A stretch of DNA of 64,000 nucleotides. It comes from an uncultured Sphaerotilus sp. Lineage in GTDB: Bacteria > Pseudomonadota > Gammaproteobacteria > Burkholderiales > Burkholderiaceae_C. Below the pieces are notes generated by a model, which saw only the letters and a program-made list of their open reading frames with translations, had not been told where the DNA came from and did no database searches. A program made the translations under genes and the position numbers. The stretch's first letter is position 1; every line of letters begins with the position of its first letter. Below are positions 58,191 to 64,000 of this stretch, piece after piece. The DNA lies in contig CAYYCN010000003.1 in the NCBI GenBank assembly GCA_964470355.1, positions 4,140-68,139 on the forward strand, in the 5' to 3' direction.

Positions 58191-58850
58191 ATGACCCAAC
58201 AAAACACCATCCGCCCTTCTGCACTGACAGGTGGCTTGCCACCGACCGGCCCCGCCACTGGGCGCTCAGCCACCCCGCCCCTGACCGCCTTCGACTTCCA
58301 CGGCCACGGCCTCCGCTCCTTCACTCGGGAGGATGGTTCCTTCTGGTTCGTGGCTGTAGACATCACCAACGCACTCGGTTACCGGGACGCAATGAACGGT
58401 GTCCGAAGCCTTGAGCCCGAGGAAAAGGGTACTCACATTCTGAGTACCCCTGGGGGCCCTCAATCGGTCCTCACAGTTTCCGAGTCGGGCCTGTATGCCC
58501 TGATCCTGCGCAGCCGCAAACCCCAGGCCGTGGCCTTCCGCCTCTGGGTCACTTCCGAAGTCCTGCCGTCCCTGCGCCGCCGTGGGGTCTACGTGGTCGG
58601 GCAGGAGGAACGCCTACCCGAGGACATGACTCCCGAGGAACTGGAAGCCGAAGCCCAGAAACTCAAGGAGCGCATGGCCCTGGTGGAGGCTCACGTCCAG
58701 GCCGTCCACGCGCAGAAGCTGGCAGAGGTTGCCGCCCAGAAGCTGCGCCACCTGGAGAACCGGCAGGACCGAGACGAGGCCTTTCAGTCCCTCAAGGGGA
58801 TCAACCGGATTACCTTCGGGCGCCGAGGGAAGAAGAAGAAGCCACGCTGA
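58191..58850 (+). CDS. BRO-N family phage protein (paralogue of 52574)
   Basis: FDFHGHGLRSFTREDGSFWFVAVDI...VSESGLYALILRSRKPQAVAFRLWVTSEVLPSLRRRG. Confidence 0.9.
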   Translation: MTQQNTIRPSALTGGLPPTGPATGRSATPPLTAFDFHGHGLRSFTREDGSFWFVAVDITNALGYRDAMNGVRSLEPEEKGTHILSTPGGPQSVLTVSESGLYALILRSRKPQAVAFRLWVTSEVLPSLRRRGVYVVGQEERLPEDMTPEELEAEAQKLKERMALVEAHVQAVHAQKLAEVAAQKLRHLENRQDRDEAFQSLKGINRITFGRRGKKKKPR

Positions 58851-58991
58851 GGAAGGATGGGGGTATTCCCCACCAAGGGAACATCCCGCGAGCGGGAAGC
58901 CTGGACATTCCGTGACCACTTTGACCACGGGCACAGCCATCGGCAGACTGCCGGGCTTCAGCCACTGGCGTTCAACCACACGGAGCCTTTC

Positions 58992-59270
58992 ATGCCCTTC
59001 CCTTCGATCCGCTGCACCATCGTCCGGTCCCTCGCTGCTGCCTTCGTGTTCCTCACGGGGCGCGGGGAGGTGGTCGAGTGCTTGCCTCTGGGGGATGCCT
59101 CAAGGGGCCGGCTGGACCTTCACGCCTACGTCGAGGGCCCCGAGACTTCCACCGAGGGGCTGGGGTACATCGGGGTCACTGCCTTCGGAAAGCTCTGGGA
59201 TGTGTACTTTGCCCCTACCGCTGAGAGGGCTGATTCCTACCGCCTGGAGGTGGACGGCGAGGGCCTCTGA
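58992..59270 (+). CDS. hypothetical protein
   Basis: GGAG RBS before ATG 58992; stop abuts the right arm repeat. Confidence 0.5.
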   Translation: MPFPSIRCTIVRSLAAAFVFLTGRGEVVECLPLGDASRGRLDLHAYVEGPETSTEGLGYIGVTAFGKLWDVYFAPTAERADSYRLEVDGEGL

Positions 59271-59350
59271 CATGGGTGCAAGACATGGGTGCAAAAGCAA
59301 AAACCCTAGCTCGCTAACTTGTTGATTTACAAGGGCAAACTAGGGTTTTC
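59270..59350. repeat. island 2 right arm repeat, IHF site and terminator hairpin
   Basis: Arm repeat 59270-59294; TAACTTGTTGATT (59315-59327) fits the IHF consensus on the - strand; AAAACCCTAG...CTAGGGTTTT stem. Confidence 0.75.
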
Positions 59351-59356
59351 CATGAC

Positions 59357-59446
59357 TGGCGGAGAGAGCGGGATTCGAACCCGCGGTGGGTTTTACCCCA
59401 CACACGCTTTCCAGGCGTGCGACTTAAACCACTCATCCATCTCTCC
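59357..59446 (-). tRNA. tRNA-Ser(GGA)
   Basis: GGAGAGATGGATGAGTGGTTTAAGTCGCACGCCTGGAAAGCGTG...GGTTCGAATCCCGCTCTCTCCGCCA; 90 nt with long variable arm. Confidence 0.97.
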
Positions 59447-59523
59447 GGGAAGACATAGATCATAGCATAGAAACATCGTGCCTGAGAATATCCAGCCGGT
59501 CGCCACAACCGGCTGCGCGCACC

Positions 59524-59949
59524 TCACCGAGACTTGCGGCGGGCCAGTTCCTGACTGACCGCGCGCCGGACCACGTCCACCATCACGGTCGTGAGTTCCT
59601 CTCGGGCCTGTTGAACGACCTGGGCCACCAGCCCTTGCAAGACCGGCTCCAGCGCACTCTTCACCCGGAACTCGAACAGTCGGTCGACCTGTCCCTGGAG
59701 ACTCGACAAGACCTCGCGAGCCAGGTGATCTTCATCGATGCCCTGCATGGCGTCATCCAGCGGATCACGCATCGTCGGTGTCGGTGTCGGTGTCGGGACA
59801 ACCGGGCGGGAAAACTCCATGGCGGGCACGGCAGGCAGCCCCAACGCAGTGCCACGCTCGTCCACGAGCACCTCAGTCAACACGGGCAACGCCTCGCGCA
59901 GTTCCGGGATCAGGTGATCGGGCGGCGGAGTGGATCGGCCGTCGGTCAT
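59524..59949 (-). CDS. hypothetical protein coupled to holC
   Basis: ATGA overlap with the holC stop; LPVLTEVL motif and helical C-terminus. Confidence 0.7.
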   Translation of the reverse strand: MTDGRSTPPPDHLIPELREALPVLTEVLVDERGTALGLPAVPAMEFSRPVVPTPTPTPTMRDPLDDAMQGIDEDHLAREVLSSLQGQVDRLFEFRVKSALEPVLQGLVAQVVQQAREELTTVMVDVVRRAVSQELARRKSR

Positions 59950-60380
59950 GCGCCCACCTCGTGCTTTTCGATCGAACAACCGGCCTGGGCGTAGGCTTTC
60001 CAGCGCATGCGGGCGGCCGCACGGTCGTCTTCGTCGCGGGACACGACTTCGATCACCCGCTCGTACCCCTGCAGGCCCGGCGGCAGGGCGTCGGCCAGGT
60101 TGACCAGCACGGGATAGCCCCCCGCCGCGGGATCGGGGTCGTCCACCAGGACGATCGGTGTTCCCGTGAGGCGCTCCGGCACGGCGGCGCGGCTGCGCCC
60201 TCGCCAATGGGGCACAAATTCCGTGGGTTCGAAGATCCAGAGCAGGCGATCCAGCTCCGAGAGCTCCCGGGCCGTCCCTGTCACAGCCACCCGAGCACCC
60301 GAGCGATAGGCCTTGCGCAGCAAGCGACAGACGTACTCACGTCGCTGGGGCACGTTGAAGTGGAAGGTGACGGCAGGCAT
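59946..60380 (-). CDS. holC: DNA polymerase III chi subunit
   Basis: CRLLRKAY, LDRLLW...FVPH, LVNL, RVIEVV, ARMRWKAY; downstream of pepA. Confidence 0.92.
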   Translation of the reverse strand: MPAVTFHFNVPQRREYVCRLLRKAYRSGARVAVTGTARELSELDRLLWIFEPTEFVPHWRGRSRAAVPERLTGTPIVLVDDPDPAAGGYPVLVNLADALPPGLQGYERVIEVVSRDEDDRAAARMRWKAYAQAGCSIEKHEVGA

Positions 60381-60387
60381 GGCCCCG

Positions 60388-61863
60388 TCAGCCCTTGGGC
60401 TGGCCCGCGCGGGTCAACAGGAACTGCGTCAGCAATGCCACAGGACGGCCCGTGGCCCCCTTGGCCGCCCCGCTCTTCCAGGCGGTGCCGGCGATGTCCA
60501 GGTGCGCCCATCGATAGGCCTTGGTGAAACGCCGCAGGAACAGCGCCGCGGTGATGGCCCCACCTGCGCGCCCACCCACGTTGCCCACATCGGCGAAGTG
60601 GCTCTTCAAGGCCTCCTCGTACTCGTCGTCCATCGGCATGCGCCAGGCCGGATCCAGCGCGGCATCCCCCGCTGCCAGCAACTCCGCCGCCAGGGCTTCA
60701 TCGGCGGTGAACAGGCCGGAGCGCTGGTGGCCCAGGGCCACCACGCAGGCCCCGGTCAGCGTGGCGATGTCGATCACCACAGCCGGCTTGAACCGCTCGG
60801 CGTAGGTCAGGGCGTCGCACAAGACCAATCGGCCTTCCGCATCGGTGTTCAGCACCTCGATGGTCTGGCCGGACAGGCTCGTGACCACATCCCCTGGCTT
60901 GGTGGCCCGTCCATCGGGCATGTTCTCGCAAGCGGGGATCAGCCCGACGACGTTCAGCTTGGGCTGCAATTCGGCCAAGGCGCGGAAGGTTCCCAAGACG
61001 CTGGCCGCTCCACCCATGTCGAACTTCATCTCGTCCATCTCAGCCGAGGGCTTGATGGAAATGCCCCCGGTGTCGAACGTGATGCCTTTGCCCACCAGGA
61101 CCACGGGCGCATCCTTCTTGCCTGCCCCCTGGTAGCGCAACACGATGAAGCGCAGGGGCTCGTCCGATCCCCGGGCCACGGCGACAAAGGCCCCCATGCC
61201 CAGTTTCTCGACCGCCTTGCGGTCCAACACCTCGACGCTCATGCCGTCCATGGCACCGATGGACTGCGCCTGCTCGGCCAGATGGGTCGGGGTGCAGTGG
61301 TTGCCCGGCCGATTGGCGCACTCGCGGGCCAGTTCGATGCCCACGGCCAGACCCTGGGCCTGCTTGACCCCCTCCTTCACCCCGGGCCCGGCTTCCCGGG
61401 TGCACACCAAGCGAAGCTTGGCCAGGGTGGCGGGAGGCGGCGCGCTGGGTTTGGTGTGCCGATAGAGGTACAGCGCGTCGCGAACCCCCAGCGTCACCGC
61501 ACGGGCCGTGACGGCATCGAAATCGGTGGTGCAGGCCCAGATCACGTCGACCTGGCGTGCTCCGCAGCCCTTGAGCGCGGGCATCGCAGCGTTGGCGGCC
61601 CTGGCCAGCGCCTTGGCGCCGCCCCCAGACGCGACCACAGACACGATGAGCCGCTGCGCCGGCAGACCCGCTGGCCGGTAAACGTAAGCCACACGGCCCG
61701 TCTTGAGCTCCAGTTCGCCCTGGCTCGTCAGGTCGTCGACCAGTGCCTGGATCGGTGGGGTCAGGAACCAGGTCTCCCGGTCGGCCGGCAGCAACATCAG
61801 CAAGGCCTCCGCGGCCTGCAAGGCCCATTGGTCACGCGTGAGCAGAAGGGTCCGAGCGTCCAT
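60388..61863 (-). CDS. pepA: leucyl aminopeptidase
   Basis: [38 protein letters not shown]. Confidence 0.95.
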   Translation of the reverse strand: MDARTLLLTRDQWALQAAEALLMLLPADRETWFLTPPIQALVDDLTSQGELELKTGRVAYVYRPAGLPAQRLIVSVVASGGGAKALARAANAAMPALKGCGARQVDVIWACTTDFDAVTARAVTLGVRDALYLYRHTKPSAPPPATLAKLRLVCTREAGPGVKEGVKQAQGLAVGIELARECANRPGNHCTPTHLAEQAQSIGAMDGMSVEVLDRKAVEKLGMGAFVAVARGSDEPLRFIVLRYQGAGKKDAPVVLVGKGITFDTGGISIKPSAEMDEMKFDMGGAASVLGTFRALAELQPKLNVVGLIPACENMPDGRATKPGDVVTSLSGQTIEVLNTDAEGRLVLCDALTYAERFKPAVVIDIATLTGACVVALGHQRSGLFTADEALAAELLAAGDAALDPAWRMPMDDEYEEALKSHFADVGNVGGRAGGAITAALFLRRFTKAYRWAHLDIAGTAWKSGAAKGATGRPVALLTQFLLTRAGQPKG

Positions 61864-61890
61864 AATTCCACACCGTTATTGAAGCGACCG

Positions 61891-62982
61891 ATGTTATTCG
61901 ATTCCACTTTGCGCAAGGAGCTGGCCCGCAGCTTCAGCGGCACGCTCGTGGTCATCCTCACGATCGTGCTGACCATGTTGCTCATCCGCACGCTCGGCAT
62001 GGCGGCCAAGGGCAGCGCTTCGCCTGAGGACGTCGTGCTGCTGCTGGGGTACACCACGCTGGCGAACCTGCCGATCCTGCTGTGCCTGAGCACGTTTGTG
62101 GCCATCGTCTCGACCCTGACGCGCCTGTACCGCGACAGCGAGATGGCGGTCTGGCTCGCCAGCGGGGTCTCGCTGATGCGCTTCGTGCGTCCGGTCTGGC
62201 GTTTCGTGTGGCCCATCCAGCTGGCCGTGGTGGTGCTGGCCCTGGTCGTGTGGCCCTGGGCTCACCGCAACACCGACGAACTCAAGGAGCGCTACGAAAA
62301 GCGATCCGACCTCTCACGCGTGGCCGCCGGCCAGTTCCAGGCCTCCGCGGACGGGCGGCGGGTCTTCTTCATCGACAAGGAAAGCGCGGACGCGGGCACC
62401 GGCCGCAACATCTTCATCCTGGATCAGCGGGAAAAGCGCGAGGGCGTCACCACGGCCCAGTCGGGTCGGGTGGTCAACGACGAACACGGGCGGATGCTGC
62501 TGCTCGACAACGGCTCGCGCACGGACCTGGATGCCAACGGACAGACCCGGACCATTGCGCGGTTCGAGCACTACCAGGTCCGCATCAACGAGCACGCCGC
62601 CGTGCGAACAGAAGAGCTCCGTCCCAAAGTGAAGGACACCCTCGACCTGCTTCAGGACGGCAGGCCCCGAGCTCAGGGGGAACTCGCCTGGCGCATCGGC
62701 CTGAGCCTGGTTCCGGCCAACCTCATGCTCCTGGCCGTGGGCATGGCCGCCGGCAGTCATCGTCGGGCCGGGGGCTGGACGCTGCTGATGGCCCTGCTGG
62801 CCTTCATTGTCTATCTGAACCTGGTCAACCTCGGGCAAGCCTGGGTGGGGGCCGGCAAGATGGGTTTCGGGCCCGCCACCCTGGGCATCCACCTGATCGT
62901 GCTCACGCTGGGACTGGGACTGCTGTGGTGGCGCAGCAGCGGCGCGGCTCGCTGGAACGCCCCCTGGCGGAGGAAACACTGA
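61891..62982 (+). CDS. lptF: LPS export permease LptF
   Basis: MLFDSTLRKEL, RLYRDSEMAVW; divergent from pepA. Confidence 0.92.
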   Translation: MLFDSTLRKELARSFSGTLVVILTIVLTMLLIRTLGMAAKGSASPEDVVLLLGYTTLANLPILLCLSTFVAIVSTLTRLYRDSEMAVWLASGVSLMRFVRPVWRFVWPIQLAVVVLALVVWPWAHRNTDELKERYEKRSDLSRVAAGQFQASADGRRVFFIDKESADAGTGRNIFILDQREKREGVTTAQSGRVVNDEHGRMLLLDNGSRTDLDANGQTRTIARFEHYQVRINEHAAVRTEELRPKVKDTLDLLQDGRPRAQGELAWRIGLSLVPANLMLLAVGMAAGSHRRAGGWTLLMALLAFIVYLNLVNLGQAWVGAGKMGFGPATLGIHLIVLTLGLGLLWWRSSGAARWNAPWRRKH

Positions 62983-64000
62983 TGCGCACGGTTCGTCGAC
63001 TGCTCTACCGAGAGGTGCTGGGCGCCACGCTGTTCGTGATGGCCTCGTTTCTGGGCCTGTTCCTGTTCTTCGACCTCGTGGGAGAACTCGACAACGTCGG
63101 CCAGGGGGGGTATTCGCTGGCCCAGGCCTTCGGGGTCTGCCTGTTTCTCGTGCCCGGGCACGTGTACGAGCTCATGCCCATCGCGGTGCTCATCGGAACG
63201 ATCTACGCGCTGGCACGGCTGGCGCAATCGTCGGAGTTCACCATTCTGCGCACGGGTGGGCTGGGCCCCGGCCGGGCGCTGTGGCTGCTCACCCGGCTGG
63301 GACTGATGTTCGTGGCGCTGACCTTCGTGATGGGCGACTTCGTGGCCCCCTGGGCCGACACCCAGGCCACGTTGATGCAATCCGACCGCCAGGGCGGGCT
63401 GTCGGTCGAGGCCGGCGGCGCCTGGCTGAAGGACACCCACCAGACCCCCGAAGGACCCCGTGCGGTCACCATCAACTTTGCGGCGGCTCGCTCCGACCAC
63501 GAGGTCCAGGGTGTGCGTATCTTCGAGTTCGACGGGCGGGGCAACCTGACCCGCCGCATCACCGCCACCCGCGCGCAGATCGGCTCCAGCGGCACATGGC
63601 AGCTCCATGAGGCACGCGTCACCCACTGGCGGCCCGACCAGCAGCCCGCGCTGCCCGCCAACGAATCCAGCGCACAGCTGGAATGGCCCAGCTCGCTGAC
63701 CCCGCAGGTGGTGGGCGCGGCGGTGTTGCCATTGCGGACCATGACCACGGGGGCCCTGTTCACCTACATGTCCCACCTCGCGGAAAACGCCCAGTCGGCC
63801 CAGCGCCACGAAATCCAGTTCTGGAAAAAGGCGCTCTACCCCTTCGCCTGCCTGGTGATGATGGCGCTGGCCCTGCCGTTCGCCTACCTGAGCGCACGCA
63901 GCGGGGGCATGAGCCTGAAGGTCTTCGGCGGAATCATGCTGGGCATCAGCTTCGTGCTGCTCAACAACGTGGCCAGCCACCTCGGCCTGCTGCAGAACTG
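62982..64000 (+). CDS. lptG: LPS export permease LptG (runs off window)
   Basis: TGATG overlap with lptF; MRTVRRLLYRE...LFFDL...LAQSSEFTILR...FWKKALYP. Confidence 0.92.
   Translation, partial: MRTVRRLLYREVLGATLFVMASFLGLFLFFDLVGELDNVGQGGYSLAQAFGVCLFLVPGHVYELMPIAVLIGTIYALARLAQSSEFTILRTGGLGPGRALWLLTRLGLMFVALTFVMGDFVAPWADTQATLMQSDRQGGLSVEAGGAWLKDTHQTPEGPRAVTINFAAARSDHEVQGVRIFEFDGRGNLTRRITATRAQIGSSGTWQLHEARVTHWRPDQQPALPANESSAQLEWPSSLTPQVVGAAVLPLRTMTTGALFTYMSHLAENAQSAQRHEIQFWKKALYPFACLVMMALALPFAYLSARSGGMSLKVFGGIMLGISFVLLNNVASHLGLLQN

Larger units (their letters stand above)
46200..59373. mobile_element. Island 2: 13.2-kb integrative element, candidate satellite of a T7-like phage
   Basis: 17-bp direct repeats; ACATGGGTGCAAGACATGGGTGCAA at both ends; integrase, resolvase, Rha/BRO and gp16-like gene, all on + strand; no capsid, terminase or polymerase. 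Confidence 0.85.

Noticed and set aside
46200-59373. Island 2 as a complete prophage, P4-like satellite or PICI
   Set aside because: No capsid, portal, terminase, tail or lysis genes; no P4 alpha/sid/psu or PICI primase-rep/terS recognisable
59773-59796. GTCGGT hexamer repeat
   Set aside because: Encodes the PTPTPT linker of the holC-downstream gene
60313-61890. Long N-terminal extension of lptF (889-aa ORF)
   Set aside because: Antisense to pepA; the true start is ATG 61891

Overview
High-GC betaproteobacterial chromosome; gene order and style suggest Burkholderiales (inference). 1-21.4 kb holds host genes: minCD, an MCP, an ABC transporter, a beta-helix protein, a degenerate GGDEF protein, a DEAD-box helicase, lapD/lapG/tolC, a ParA-family ATPase and a TRAP/TPAT transporter. 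59.4-64 kb holds tRNA-Ser(GGA), holC, pepA and lptFG. Between them, two integrative elements are stacked at the tRNA-Ser 3' end and share a middle att site at ~46.2 kb. Island 1 (~21.4-46.2 kb) is a defence island. It carries a P4-type integrase, a LeoBC/LeoA dynamin-like (Eleos-type) pair behind a WYL regulator and a chain of micro-ORFs, a type I R-M operon with an inserted ATPase, a DUF932-YqaJ-Gp3-like module, an HUH-like YagK/YfjJ protein and AlpA. Island 2 (46200-59373, 13.2 kb, 17-bp direct repeats) is the highlight. It has no capsid, terminase or polymerase genes. It does carry an integrase, a segment resembling a T7-type terminal repeat/packaging site, a resolvase with a three-subsite res, tandem ~107-bp repeats with phage single-subunit-RNAP-promoter-like CTATAG sites, Rha/BRO regulators, and one 1414-aa protein resembling T7 gp16 (internal virion/ejection protein). 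It is best read as a candidate satellite or parasite of a T7-like (Autographiviridae) phage that supplies its own ejection protein. All family assignments come from motif recognition and memory of the families; no database searches were run.
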